A stretch of 64,000 bases of DNA from Ascidiella aspersa (GCA_963924565.1 OZ004610.1:6820001-6884000); one strand, 5' to 3'; shown: positions 34,101 to 48,524, counted from the first letter of the stretch. Program-made: numbers and translations. Notes: generated from the sequence alone by a model not told the origin.

Positions 34101-36107
34101 ATTCTACGTCGCACCTAATTCGCGAAAATCGAATTGGATGACCGAGTTATTAAAATTGTTTTTCTTCGTTGACGCAGTTTTGGTTTACGTGCGCCACGCC
34201 GGTACCGTAGTATTTGCCAGTCTTTGTCAGCCTAAGGATTACCATATAAAAATCACTATGGAACGATTCTTGTATAATTTTTAATACTGGCCTTGAGCAA
34301 TAATTTTGCAAACTTATAAGCTCACATTCGAAATTTTTAGCATGGTTAAAAGAAATGTTATAGTATCTCGTAATAAAAAAGCAGGTCCACATAAAATATT
34401 ACATTTAAGAACTGTTGCATTGCATTAAAATAACCAAGCAATGGCTGATTACCTGCAACCCTTTTACATGTAGTCTATACGTACCTTATTTAAAAGTTTG
34501 ACAATACCGTAAACAAAAATAGTTAACAAGATTTACGTTTGAGCTATATTAACCCCAAACAACTTGGAATGACATGATCAGCCTTGACCACTGTAATGAC
34601 AGACTGACCTGCACCACATTATGTATGTGATTTTTAAAATTAGAAGCACATCCGTTCAAAACGTTCCAAACGTGTTTAGCTTTCTGTATGTGTTCAAAAG
34701 TCATCGAAAAAACGATCAGCGTCAATTTGTAAAGTTTCTCTTGACACTGCACCGGATAAAAGCACCGGGAAATTTCCAATTTACGCCGTGTTTCGCGTTA
34801 ACTCGATAGCGCTGAATATCGACCAATTGCCCACTCTCCTATAGTAATTGTGAGACTGTGAACAATTTCGTGGGGATCGCTATCAATAAAAAAACACTCC
34901 GATTCCGGCCAAATTGAATTCATCGTTTGACGCGGCGACGGCATTATTGTCTTTACGTCATCAAACCGCAATTATTGGCGTCACAAAGACACCAAACGAA
35001 TGGCCTGTCGGCTGAATGAAACCTCGGAATTCCCAAGGCGCTCGCTCAACTTTAGCCTATATAAACTTCGGCTTATTTCTGTTCATCATTGCTGGTTTGC
35101 CAAGAGGCGAGGGGCGCCGTCTCATCGACCCGATTGCAAATTACGTCCAGGCTCAATCCCGCCGCAATAAATATTAATCGTGCTAACGAACGAAACTCCC
35201 CCGATCTCGTTAACGCCTTTTGCATTGTAGAAATTGGAATCGAGTGCGGGTCGCCGGAGTTCGTGAAACCAACAACAAAAACAATTCGGTCAAATGAGAT
35301 TCCGCAAATCAAATGTATTTTGTTATCAGTTGGAATTTTCTACGTTTGGTCAGGGAGATACCAGCATCGATCGACCGATTTGTATGCGACAGTTGAAAAC
35401 AAATGGTGACAGTCTAGTTGGTCAAATTATGTCTGGCCGGTGTTTGACGCTGCGCGTATTTTTTCCCGAACTTTCGTGGACAATTTTTTTCAGCATCGAT
35501 CGAGCTATTTCATAAGTGACATTTAAAACCAAATGGTGGTCTATGGGTAAAATAAATGTCTAGCCGTGTTAGACGGTGCGCGTATTTTCCGGAAATTTCG
35601 CGGACAATTTTTTTGTGTGTAACGTAAATGCTTCTGATGTAGCTTGACAAATAAACAGGATACGATGAATCTGCATCCAGCGACAACCATCAACGGCAGT
35701 CGTTTCTACCAATATCTCTACGTTGAGTTTTTGAACATTTTAGTCTAAAATGTACGTCCTTTTTTTTCGGTATAATTATAATTATTCATATATCTCATTA
35801 GATTTCGAAAAATTTTGTTCATTTTTTTGTTTAACTCTGACGAGCTTAATTGTATCCCGCTTTGTTCTGGTACTTTTGTCTTGGTTTCAAACAACTGCCT
35901 CCTTATGCGGGGTATGCCAGAGTTGTCCCAAAGCAAACGAACGTAATCAAACTTAAACTGGAAGTCAAACACATACCCGGCGAAGATAGTTCGCAATTTT
36001 TTATCGCCTTATCAATATGGCGCGCTGTATATACACTCCAGTACTCCCAAGCTGGATAGTTTTTAATTGTGCTCTGTGGCAGTAATGCGAACTACTTACG
36101 TCTAATA

Positions 36108-36446
36108 CAGGGGTTCTTAAACTTTTTTTACCGCGGAGCCCCAATTTTTTTTTTTGCTTTGCATGGACCCCGGAAGCAGGAATACTCCAAAATGACGTCA
36201 TAAATTGACGTCACAATACAAATTGACTTCATAACTCTGTTATTTCGGTGCGAAAAATGTGAAATTTAAATGGAGTCTAACTATACATTCAGTGCAAAAC
36301 CGTTTAGTTTTAATTAAAGTGTTTTCTTTGAAAAATTAATTACTTCTTAAGTATACACTAGTTCTTTAATTAGATCTTCATGGACCCCCTAAAACTAGTT
36401 CACAGACCCCCCAAGGGGTCCATGGACCCCAGTTTAAGAACCCCTG
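36108..36446. mobile_element. hAT (Charlie/Buster-like) MITE
   Basis: TIRs CAGGGGTTCTTAAAC / GTTTAAGAACCCCTG; TSD GTCTAATA/GTCTAATC. Confidence 0.88.
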
Positions 36447-37574
36447 GTCTAATCGAAGCCAAAATAGCTTGGCGCTGTTTAATTGCAAAACCAAGGCGTT
36501 GCGTTCTTTGGCTAATCGAGCGGACTTTCCTTTTGCGGCGAGTTGAAACGCGAATTGTGCGTTCTCATTAAAGACGGGTTGGGGCCGGGTTAAAAATAAT
36601 ATCAAAGTGCGTTCATTTTTCGTAGTACATTAACTCAATTTATTTTGTCCTGGCAGAAGGCAGAATTGTTTTTAAATGACGATTAAAATTACTGCGAAAA
36701 TTCGCCTTTTCAAATATGCACCAGTGTGACGTTTAGCAGTTTTGTTAATCTGCCAAACGGTAGAAAACAGGTTAGAACATTTTCAACATTGGTCGTCATG
36801 TCGTGCTTTGTTAAACCGCGGTTTAACCTGATCTTTCAGCTCGCTAATAATATCACACAGCGGCCGACCTTGTCCCGCGGTTCAGCGCAAAACACGAATC
36901 AACGGTCCGCGCAGTAATGGAAAAAATCGTATACGAGCGTTTCGATGAGTTAGCGCATTTGACGAACCGCTGCGCAAAGTCGGTTCGCATTTCGCGAAAC
37001 AAGCGAGCGACGGCTGCTGGCATTCAGGCCAGAAATGCGATCCCCTTGGCTTTGTGCTCATGTTCCTATCAGACGACTTCGAGCTAAGTCGAGACGACAG
37101 CAGAGCGTGCGCTGGCCCATCGATTGAGCGTGACATCGCCAAAACGCAACGTAAACATGCAAGCAGTTGCGCCGATGACGGGGGCCGCTGTCGGAACGAT
37201 TTGCACCCGAAAATTGTTTTTCGGTGCTTTTGTTGCTTGTCGCTCGCGTTAGTCGCTTTGTTTTCCGTGTGTATAGCTTTTTGTGACTCGCTCGCTAAAT
37301 GCGCGGGAAACAGATAGACGGTTTTTATGGACGCGTAGGTGCGCCAACATTTTTGGTGAAACTTCTCCGCCAGCAGCCTTTTGTTTTGTAAAACTTTTAT
37401 TTACCACTGCCGCCCTGCAAAGCAACGAATTGGTTACTTTTTCGGGCGCAAAGTCGATTAGCTTTTAATAATGAACCAGAGAAACCACGATTTAATTTGT
37501 TTTTTATTCCCCCTTGCCTATAACCTTATTTCGCCATTTAGCTCACACTAGAATACTAAATCAATTAATAGATT

Positions 37575-37625
37575 GACCGTGCAGTGGTTCAGAGGTCGTG
37601 AGTTCAAATCTCACCGCGGGCAAGT
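37575..37625 (+). repeat. tRNA-derived SINE-head-like remnant
   Basis: A-box-like GCAGTGGT and B-box-like GAGTTCAAATCTC spaced too closely for a full cloverleaf; a similar remnant lies at about 4340-4410. Confidence 0.4.
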
Positions 37626-37656
37626 TCGACAAATCTATGCGCTCAGTGCGACTTAC

Positions 37657-37911
37657 CGTGAACACGTTGCCGACGTTCTCAAGCAGGCTGCGCTTGCGAA
37701 AGTAAACCAGCACCACGATGACGTTGCACAGCAAGCCCGCGAGCGCCTCCAGTGCCAGGAACACGATAGGAACGAGCTCAGCTGGCGTCAGTCGATCGTC
37801 CTTGTTAAAATCCAGGTCTCCCTCGCTTATGTTAAGGCCGCTGCTTTGGGCGATTCCTTCGATTCTGCTGCTTGCAGTGCAGTTCACGCATCTCGCGTAG
37901 GCCGTGGGCAT
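37657..37911 (-). CDS. GPR22: GPR22-like class A GPCR, coding exon 1 (N-terminus, TM1, ICL1)
   Basis: First in-frame ATG at 37911; N-glycosylation sequons NCT and NIS. FLALEALAGLLCNVIVVLVYFRKRSLLENVGNVFT resembles GPR22 FLMLEIVLGLGSNLTVLVLYCMKSNLINSVSNIIT. Donor ACG|GTAAGT. Confidence 0.85.
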
Positions 37912-38629
37912 ATCCTTTTTGCCGCTCGCCGGTGCTTGTGCCCTTTCCTCTTGCGTAGACGCGCTCTGCACGTCACTCTTGCTCTTTGAGCTTTCTACTT
38001 TTTACAGTCGCTTTTAGATTTCTGTTTGCTATCTTTGTCGCCTGCAAAACATTGGCAAAAACGCATAGGTTTGATTTTCGTTGCGCTAAAGTAGAGCTCT
38101 CATTTGCAAAACAGTGTGAGGCTGCATTACCCTTTGCATTCTCTGCGAATTTGGTTGTGGACACATAGCTTGTAGACTGGCGTTATGTCTGTATTTTAAA
38201 TTTTCAAAAAGCTATCCATATCCACATGAAATCAACAATCCTTTCTGTGTATTTTATTTTTCCTGTTCGTCAATCTTTCTATTCTCCTTAAACAACAGTA
38301 AAACGCGCGGGAAATGACATTAGAGGGGTGCGAAGCAGTAAAGGTACACCGCCGTTTTGATGGTCGAAGTCACACGTCATAAGTTGTTTTACACGCCAGT
38401 TTAGGAACGGGATTTTTAAGGTGCGTTTTTATTGCGTTCGGTGCAAACACCAACACATGCCAAAATATTATGACGTAATAAGCGCCGTGTCGTGCCTATG
38501 CTGGCATTGCATAGTCTTGTTTTTTATATATCTTGAACAAATTATCCAAGTATGTAACGGCCATATTCGACAGCAGAAAAGTCTAGCGCAGCTAGTAATT
38601 TAGGTCAAACACTATTTATAGATGTTAAA

Positions 38630-38632
<3 letters not shown>

Positions 38633-38663
<31 letters not shown>
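38633..38663. repeat. (TA)n microsatellite; another at about 19112-19135
   Basis: Read directly from the sequence. Confidence 0.9.
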
Positions 38664-38665
<2 letters not shown>

Positions 38666-39440
38666 CTCCGGCAAAGGCATCGTTAGTATCTCTTATTCAA
38701 ATAGAATTACTAGCTTTGCTCGACTATTCTGCTGTTATCATCAGAATTTGAGGTCGACATTTATCTTACGAGGCTCAAGGTGATTTGCAATATCACATAT
38801 TCAGTGCAACACGGCCCTTTTCAAATCACAAAATACGGCTTCAATTTTACCAAGCAATCTTCGCCACCGCGTGCGTAATCTCAGCGTTATTCTACTCTTT
38901 TTTACTCAAGGGCTGCCATGCTGTACCTATACACAAAGCTCTTGATTACCCAATTTATTTAGTGCTTTTGTGAAATACTGCTTGTACAGTTAAGGCCAAC
39001 CGGTTTTCGAATTTCAAAACTGAGTTTTTTTTTATTTGTCAAGGTTAAAAATGGCTATACCTAAACGATAGGGTAAGTAAAGCAAGCAATTTTGGAATAT
39101 GTGAAAGGGATAGTATAAAAATGCTTAAACCTGGCCATTGATTAGGAACTTATGGTCCTGACCTTCAAACACCCTATTTTTGAATAACCGTCCTTAACCC
39201 TTTATTCTGTCGTGTTAATGTCTATCCGTGGCACCTGAAGACCTCAATTCAGACGAAACTACATTGTTAGGTCATAATAGTGAGGTTTATCCGACGCAGG
39301 CTCACCGTCAGCGTTTTTTTAACGAGCGCTCAAAATCATCTGTGCCGGGCGGCGGTCAACACTCATAATATTGCGCCAGAAATAGCCGCGTCCGCTTAAA
39401 TATAACGCATGTATAAGTTCCTTGGATTGATGGGTTAGAA

Positions 39441-39915
39441 CAGTGGTTCTTAACCTTTTTAGCTTACGGACCGGCAAAATTTCAAAACAAGTTTTGCGGA
39501 CCGGTGGACCTTCAAAAATCAAAATCAACCCAAAATGTAATTACGACAAAAGTACATACAACTTAAAAGCAAAGAATGGAAACGTCAATTTAATAAGCAA
39601 TTTGCTTCTGTCTTTTTGATATCATACGTGTTTTACGTGGTTCATTGAAGTTTTTCACCTACAACTGGTTTTAAAGCTTAAGACTTTGAGTTGTAGTCTA
39701 CTACAACACTTGCACCATTGTGATGAACAATAAAGTCCAAAGTAGACCATTAACGCTATGTTGCGTCACAGTGCAGCAACTTACGGAACTGGCGAAGTCC
39801 TACATTTGATGGACAAGCTTTTAACATCTGGCATTTTGCAGCTAAGATGTAAAATTGTAATATATTTGGCGGACCGGCAGAAAAGTTGATGCGGACCGGC
39901 GGTTAAGAACCACTG
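39441..39915. mobile_element. hAT (Charlie/Buster-like) MITE
   Basis: TIRs CAGTGGTTCTTAACC / GGTTAAGAACCACTG; TSD GGTTAGAA/GGTTCGAA; CGGACCGG subterminal repeats. Confidence 0.9.
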
Positions 39916-39952
39916 GGTTCGAATCCTGGCTCGGACATATTAACGTCTAGTG

Positions 39953-40314
39953 CAGCGGTTCTCAACCAGTGGGCCATAAGAACATTTGAGGTGGGCCACA
40001 GACCAATTAAAAAAAGGTAGATTTATTAAAGAATTTAGTTTCATTTGTGTCACTATACCTAACTTTACAAGAATAATGGCTTTGGGAGGAATTGAGAAGG
40101 AATGTAAATGAACGTAAATTTATTGTTTAGAAGCAAGTACCTCGCTAATGCTAAATAATCTGTATTAATATATGCTCCGCTATTTTTTGTTCTAAACATT
40201 TTTTATAGTTGTTCTTTCATAAAAATTTATTGGGCCACAGAATTTTTGTGCAACGAAAATGGGAAGGAAAAAAAAGAAAAAAAAAACGAAAGGAAAAAAG
40301 GTTGAGAACCACTG
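39953..40314. mobile_element. hAT MITE family B, copy 2
   Basis: TIRs CAGCGGTTCTCAACC / GGTTGAGAACCACTG; perfect TSD GTCTAGTG. Confidence 0.92.
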
Positions 40315-42978
40315 GTCTAGTGTATGTAAATTCCCTTGCCGCCTATAGCATTGTTCGCAATTTTTGTTAGCTGTCAATCGGACAAAGGTCAACTCGTCGG
40401 CAAAAAAACTTCTCCCTATTTTCGAAATAACAAGCCTTCACACTTTTCGCAGTCGCACGCCCTTCAACGTGTTTAGCGCAGTAAATATTGCTTTCGAAGA
40501 TAAATTTCGCTCAGCACATCTTGTGGCATTTGTTCGCAATTTCGGTCCACTGTACCTTCTAGGAGGCCTTGAATTTTGCCACTCACAAAGGCCGTTTTAA
40601 AGTCTAAAACGTCCAAAGGTCTAAACCAATCGTTACCGTCCATTCATGCCTGGCGGCCCCCTTCCGCTAAACCATTTAGGTCCCCCTTTTCAGAAAAAAA
40701 ACGCGTTTTCTTAGTAAATTTGTCAGAAATAAATAGAAAGGTCTCCAACCTTTTTACGCTTAGCAATTGTGGCTCGAAACCACAGTTAGCACGGTTAAAC
40801 ATAAAAATGTATACTGGCCAACGCTTTGGCGAAGGAACAACATTTTTCGCTCTGCCGGCTGCCGATCTCTTAACGGGAAATCACCACGAAAAACTTTTAG
40901 TTCTAAGAGCGCCAGCCCGCCCGCCTTCCCTTATAGGACCCATTACAACTGCCTACACGCATTATCGATTTTCGATTGTTGGCGCCTACCCCGCACCCCC
41001 TCCCCCCTAAATCTTGCAACGGCTAGAAAGCGACATTTCTTGACGTTAAGTAGCCGCCCGCATAACCTGAGCGGTCGTAACTGGAACGACCTTCCCTCCA
41101 CTCTTGGCTCGCCTTCGCTCTAGTTTCGATCGATCTGCTTTTAAGACGAACCGACGCCGCCTCAAGAAAAGTCGCACTTATTGCTCGTTATCGATCGAGC
41201 ATCCCTGTGTCCGGACTTGCTCCTGTGCCGAAAGCATGCAAATAGTGCTGCAACCGTTTTCTCTAAAATTATCGTATGTCGATATTCGTTGCGACTATAT
41301 GAACAACGTCTTACATTTCGCCCTCTTCGTTACAGCTGGAAGAATATGATCTCTCTAGAGGGGATACGCATTTTTTTGTTTTGCGCTCATTACACAAATT
41401 CAAGGAACTTATTACCCAAATTTTCATGTTACTTAAAACAATACGCCTTATCCTGTTTTACTATTATTTTCAGCTTAAAACTATACTTTTACACGGTTAC
41501 TAGTTCGTTTGTTGTAATACGCTACTTCTTGTACTCTATATTGTTAACTATACTTACGGTACTTATTGACTGCCGCGCAAATTTCGGCCAGAGTGCCTTA
41601 CTCACAGAGTCACAGTTAATTTGAGCTCGCATCAAAAAAATGCAACATTGCGATTTCCAAATTCTACCTTCTACCGCGTATGTAACCTGCCTAACCTCCA
41701 GCGCCAGTCACCTTGCGATTTAATGGATTTTAGCTGTAAAAGCACTTGGCGTATCGAGTCCAGTGTACAAGTGGACATTCGCCCAAATCCCCAATACGGT
41801 ATACACCGTCTTGTGCCGCTTGTAAAATTCCTCGTGTCTTACCTGCGAGGTCGTTCGGTCCACTCGGAATAGCCCAGTACATATTCGAGTCTTTTCCGTC
41901 GTGTTTGCCTGTCTCAGAATCGTGCCCGCTTCGTTTTTTACGCCGCTGTTTGTCCTCCGCAAATACCACGCGCGTGTATAGTGCGCTGTTTTTTCCGCGT
42001 TGCTTTTTACCTATATGGTGGCCAATTTTTTTTACGCACATTTTTTTTTGCGGCGTTCGCATCGCTTTTTTAGGCCAGATTTTTCGGGACGAAATTTTAG
42101 CGGAAAAAAAGATCGGACCCCGCGAGGTGTAACAAGGATACTGAATACAGGATTCGTGCAGAATTGCGTCCTATATGATTTATCGGTTTAAATTCCCCGT
42201 TTCCTATTATATAAACAAAAAAACTCAAATGGTTTGAAAACCCGAGTAAAACCAAAAATGTCCGCCAAAAAAACAAAATCCTGGTTTTACCCGGGTGTTC
42301 AAACTAATAATTATTAACCCTGACGAGGTCAGCTGGTATCTGCTGCCGAAACGTCGGTTTATACTTCGTTTACACCAGAAGAGCGATTCCTATCTATTGA
42401 TATGTTGCCTGGTGGAGCTAACTCGATTTTTGAGTTTTGTTATTTATATACGCGTCAGCGGAACAGTGACCGACAAGCAAAACACTGCTGCCAATAGCTT
42501 TGGATTCCCTGAAGATACGCCATATGATATTTTAAACAAATAAACGTATGTCGTTTCCCGAGTTTGGCGCCGTTGTTTAAACGGACAAAAATGCTCGCTC
42601 GAACAATAAATATCTGATCTGGTGAACTGAGCGTGTTGAAACGTTGCTCTTTCGGGGTAAACAAGTCACTCCTTTGAAGCTTTTCAACGTGTTTGGCTTG
42701 CCTTTTGAAAGGCAAATATCGCCAACGGAAACGCGAGTATCCCATCTTGGCACGACTGCAGAAAAAAGCAATTCCCCAAATATGGAATGTCAAGCATTTA
42801 GAAAGAAATATGCACTTTCGCAAGTACGATTCGCGTTTTCTGGTTTTTGCAAGGATTCGTTTGGCAAAACTCGTTTTAACAGCAGCTTTTTTAGTTTGAA
42901 ATGCTAAACGATAAACTGTCCTGCCCTGCGCGAAACAACAAGCTGTTTTCCAAATGTGTTAGCAAATAGCTAAGTTTA

Positions 42979-43292
42979 AGTGTTTCTCAACCTTTTGACG
43001 CCGCGACCCAAATACTATACGCGCAAAAATGGCGGCCCAACTCTCTTCACTCAACTTTCTGCAAGCGAAAATAAGAAATTAGAACAGAAATAAGTTCGAA
43101 TCCGATTAATACGAGCCATATGTTCATAATGCATGTTTTCTGAAAGTATTGCCGCAAATTCTGAAGTATTGCCGCAATCTTCTCAGAACCAACCCAGTAA
43201 GTCAAACCTTGTGAACTACTTCAGTATCGGCGAGCCAAACAATTTAAAAAGCGAGCCAACTTTATTTCGCGACCCACGGGTTGGGAGACACT
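42979..43292. mobile_element. Decayed hAT MITE
   Basis: AGTGTTTCTCAACCTTTT...CGCGACCCA left end and CGCGACCCACGGGTTGGGAGACACT right end. Confidence 0.6.
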
Positions 43293-43740
43293 ACATGCTA
43301 AATGCCAACCAGCATCAGCAATATGCAGGACTCTAATCAGCATTGCTACACCGTTTTGCTTTGCCCAGTGGCCAGCAGCAGCACGTTGGGGTCGCAAAGG
43401 AAATTGATTTCACGTGGAACACTTATCGAGTTCCTTTTTATCGATCGGCCTCAAAACGACGATCAAAAGGGACAGAGCGCGCCGTTACTCCCAGTAGTAC
43501 CATGTGTACGTGCACTGCTGCTTTACTCAGTTAATCCACGATCTAGCACCTGTTTCACTTTACCTTCGTCACTTTTTTGTTGTTTAATCGTATTTTTAGG
43601 CAAAACATTGAGAAACGAGCCTTATTAGGGTTTCGTTGATAACATTTTTAAATTAGGAGCGTTTGTTAAATTTCTGATTGTCAAAAAAGCGCAATTCTAA
43701 AGAAATCAGCTCTGTCTGGTCATCCGGAAAATGTGAAGTG

Positions 43741-43771
<31 letters not shown>

Positions 43772-46700
43772 GGCCGATATGAAATTTTCTCCCATACCAA
43801 CCGACCGCGGCCAATTCCGGCACTCGAAAAGCCAAAGTGACCTATACCTTCGTATCTCAAGGATATTTCAAGGCTCATTTTGTATCTGGTTTCAGCGAAA
43901 GGCAGAAATAAAAATCGTCGCGCACGGATATTTTTCTGAAATTATAGAAGTGCGGTTGGATCTGGCCCCATAAAGCGAAAACACAAAGATTAATTTCGCT
44001 GCAGCACGAGTTTTTTATACGCAGTCACCTCAATAAGGGTTAACTTAACAAGTCACCGCATCTATTTCGTTTTTGAAATGTTTACCAACAAAGGGCTTTA
44101 TTTTAAAGTATAGGGGCATTCAATCTTTCTACAGTCAACTACTTGCGAGTTATACCAAAACCGACCCATCATTATTAAGATGAAAAAGCGTGTTGGTATA
44201 TTAGATAATATGCAGCCGCTTACATATAACAAAAAAGGCAAGGCAAACGACATTACCCGTAGTTCAACGACTTTATATTGATTTCCAAATGACACTGTTT
44301 GAACCACAGGCAAGATACACTGTTCTGAACCATGTTTCTGCCTATTTTTATTCGCTGATGTACAAAACGGATGAGGCGAAAGGGTATCGACTGCCAAGTA
44401 ACCTTATACCTTACGTACTGACTAAAAGGTTACCGCTTACCAAGAAACAAGCCCGTTTTGTCGCCGCGTCAGACTTTCATTTTCGCTATGGTACTGATAT
44501 CCAGGTGCCACTGCTGACGAACTGTATTTTAATGTAGACAAACTTTTCGAAAACCGTGCTTTTAAGGCCAAAGTAAGCCTGCTTCTAAACACTGCAAATA
44601 CGACTATCAAACAAGATTTTTGCTAAAAGAATTCCAACTACTTTTGATTTCCCTCCTTAGTTTTTCCCCGACAGCGAAAAGTGTTTGTTTAACCCTTAGT
44701 TAGGCGCACATTTTGATTATTGGTTTTCCCCTTTTTGTTACCTCTAAGGTGTTCTGTCTAGCATAGAAATCTCTGCACTGACCCACGGCATAGCGCCATG
44801 AGTAGTTTCAGGGCAGTCTGCAAACACACTCTCCACTAATGAAGCCTTAATCCCGGCTTTAATCCTCGCGCTGCACGCGAATCAATACGGGACCAGAGTT
44901 AGAATCCGCTGGCAAGGTGCTATTGTACCGTCGTCCTCATGCAAGCACCGTATGCCAAAGGTTTCTGCGATGCGTTAGCTTTGATTCGACGCGCCGCGTT
45001 TTTCTAGCCGCCGAAACGCCGGGAAAAAAGAAATCTCGAGGTCAGGCTGTTGGAAGTGATATGTCCCCCTCTCTTTCTCTCTCTTGTTAGGCAAACATTT
45101 CGAGCCGTTTTTCCATACTTTTGTGTATGTACATGGCCTGCTCCTGTTTAGGGTGTGAAAAAGGGGCGATGCTTTTTAATTGGTCATAACGATTTGCCAG
45201 GATTCTTTCATCATCGTATTTTTCTGCGGGTTCGTCATGATTGGGATTTAGTCGCATTTTTCGAGCGGGTTTACTTTGATGAAATATACTGTTGTAAAAA
45301 TAAGCCTAAATTTGGTACTATGACTGAATGACTAGCTTCTGAGTGTATAACCGTGTGAACAAATAACGTTTATTAGAAAAAAATCTTGAACTGTTTTTCG
45401 ACGGTGGCAAAATATTTAGTAATAATTTACCACAAGCAGATTTTCCAAACTTTTTGCTAAACTTGGACGCAATGGGTTTTCGTTCATCGAAGATGTTCAT
45501 TTCGCATATAAATACAACTGTTCCCAACTAGCAAAAGCATCAGATCCACATTTTCGAAGACTTTTTTGCTTGCTCGCTGTATTGGTACACGAAATTACGA
45601 CGTGCTATGTAATCTGACACCCTGTACACATGACAAAACAGTACCTACATGTACCATTCATGCTTTCACCGCATCAAACCACTGTCTGAACGTCGCAGCG
45701 TGAACTCGCAAATAAAACACACTTGGAATTACCTGCCTGGGAAATATACTTGGACTTGCAACGGCGGTTGGGAGGGAAACGACAGCTCGCTTAAAACGCT
45801 GAACCGCCAACGAACCGCGCTATCTTGTCAAACGAGAAGGGAAAAGTGGCGCATTAAAAAGTCATGAAATCCATTTTCGACGCCAGCCGATCGGTCGTCT
45901 CGTTTAGGCCGGCTTGCACACGAGCGCTTCCAATTGGTTTCTCTTTCTCTGACACTTTCGACTTGCTTGCAGCTTTGTTTAAGCTTTGCCCATGGCTCAT
46001 TTGGAATTGAGTCTGGCTTTCTATTTCCAGCACATCCCTTTGTGCACCCAAGTTCCAGGGTTTACTTATGCCAGTCTTTCTTTTTTGTTCCCAATATTAA
46101 GTATATCGGCGTAGCTTTGGCCAACCAAATTAGACAAAACATACCGCACTGGCATACATATGTTGGAATTAAATTAGTATGAGCATTTTTTTCGCATTGC
46201 TTCCGTTTTTGGAAGAATCTTGCCCAAATCCAATCTCCTTCTAACTAACTACACATACATCTAATCCAGTCGGCGACCCAACCAAATCAAACGTCGAGTT
46301 TTAGGTCGCGACATAGGTTGAGAAACACAGACCTGTTTCTTTTATTTTTTAAAAAAAGCACAGGAAAAACAAATTATAATAGAAAAACTCTCATGCAGCT
46401 AACGATCTTTTACTTTTGTATATCGCCGTATTTCCACTTTTGAAAGCCGAATTTCGCTCGCAAGTTCGCACAGAAGACAACATCGCGAAAAAGCGTAAAC
46501 TAACAACTGACTTATGGAAACGGCGTGTGTAAAAACAGGTCTAACTCCGCCAAGCAGTGCCGAAAACTCACAAAGAATTTTCGAGAATTGCAAAAACGCG
46601 ATAGAGTACAGGAGATGTACAACTTTCGTTCCTAGAGGTGCCAAAACCACAGCAGCATTATCAAAAAAGCCGGCCTTTTGAAGTAGGCCTCACCCACGTA

Positions 46701-48524
46701 TTTGCATCGCCAGCCAACCAAGTGAACCGCAAGTCACGAAATCGACTTTGACGCTCGCTCATCGGCGCTGGTTCGATGTCCTTAGCGACTCGGATTAAGC
46801 TTTAACCTACGCAATGCGCGGTTACCTGAGCCAAGAGTGACGCAATACGCTGACCGCTGTGATATAAACCTTTTTTTATGCTGAAATAACTGCTTAAAAG
46901 TAACTGGGTCGCGGGGACCACTGATCAGCCTATACGGCGCATTGCACGATTTCACAGGGTTGCCGCAATGTTTGAATCTTTAAAGGTTTTTAAATAGATT
47001 TACGTATTGAAAGGTCTTTAAAAAAAACACAAGTTTTTCCATAAGTTTTGAATGGTCTTTGAATTTATTCAATACCCAGCTTAAGTTATACATTTAAAAA
47101 GTGCCGCTGACAAAACAATTAAAAAGTGTTTTTGGTTGTGTTGACCATGGCATTTATTCTGTTTTGTTTTCGAATTATAGGTAAAAAACATCGAGAGATC
47201 CCATTTTAGCAAAATAAAAAATAAATACTCATCCCCTATCCTTCCATATCGATTGTTTTACCCTTGCCAAATGTCATTCAACCCTGGGTGAGCAATTTAC
47301 CACAGTAAGCAACCCTGCTTTAAAGAACCAGAAGCAGAGCATAAGTGTGTGAGTTGCGCAAATTAGAAGTTAAACAAAGTGCATATAATGGAGACAAAAG
47401 GGTATAATCAGTCGAAGTTGGGGTAAAATTTGATGTCAACAAACATGTCGAGCGCGTTTTCAGTGCAAAGTGTGAGCAAAAAGGCAGTCGTCGTTTCGTA
47501 TAGCTGCCGACCCAGCGTTCGGCTTTTCTGTCTCGACGCGTGTTTGTTGTTTTTCCGATTCCTTCGCGGTTTTGTTCTTCCGCGAAAATTCCTTGCTCGG
47601 ATTGTGAAACGCGCAACGTCGGCGGCGATTATTATACAAGAACGCCGAGGAGAAAAGAATATTTGGGAGACCCAGTTAAAAAAGTTAAAGAAGTGTTGCC
47701 AGCTTCATCGGTCATATTATAAATCGATAAAGTTTTTTTTTTTTTTTTTTTTTATGTTAAACGACTTTTTGCGGCATTTATCATCTGACCTTTTCGGGGT
47801 TAATAATACGAACGAGAATAAGTTGACCAACTTTTGTAGCCTGGAGATTATTAAATAGTTATGTTTCTTACACTTTTTTGTTTCGTAGCACAGTTTCACT
47901 TTACTTTCGAATGCCATTCACATATAACTTAGACCAGCCAAAATGTGTACAAAATAGTGACTGGCTAATTGTTAACGCGAATCAATTGTGAAAACCATAA
48001 AAAGTTTCACGGTACTCTTGAGACAAACTCTCGGGGTACACAATTTGAAAACCACTGCCATACAGGTAATTGATAGAGCAAGTCGGTTAATTTTTATAAA
48101 TCGCTGTTTTGGTAAGAGAATGCCCTTTGTTAAAAATGTGAAAAAAAAACTCAACAACACATAACTCTTTCAACATTGTCACTGCGTGAAAACTCCTTGT
48201 AACCTCAGTGTTATCTTTTTGCAACTTTTTTTTGGGGGGCGGACATTGTTTGCGTCTATCTGTTTCAGGCAGAAGTGACAGGTTTACTGTTATTGGATGT
48301 TTTCTTGTACAGGAAAGTTGCCCGAAATAGATGGCGAAAGCTTTGTAACCTTTCAACATTTACCAGGCCTGCTTGCGCCTGGCTCTTCTCATACTTCTTA
48401 TCCCGGAGAAATGTATAAGCCCGATGAAAAGACTGTTCAAATTAAAATATTTGATTCCTACCATTTTACTTTGTCGAGAGGTATCCGAACAAAAAGTTTG
48501 TCAATGTTGTAAACAATTCATTTT

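Noticed and set aside
37575-37625. Functional tRNA gene
   Set aside because: A B-box-like T-arm is present but there is no complete cloverleaf; kept only as a low-confidence SINE remnant.
37973-38164. 63-aa ORF as an N-terminal extension of the GPCR
   Set aside because: It starts at GTG, is out of frame with the receptor and is closed by TAA upstream; it would require an unsupported frameshift.
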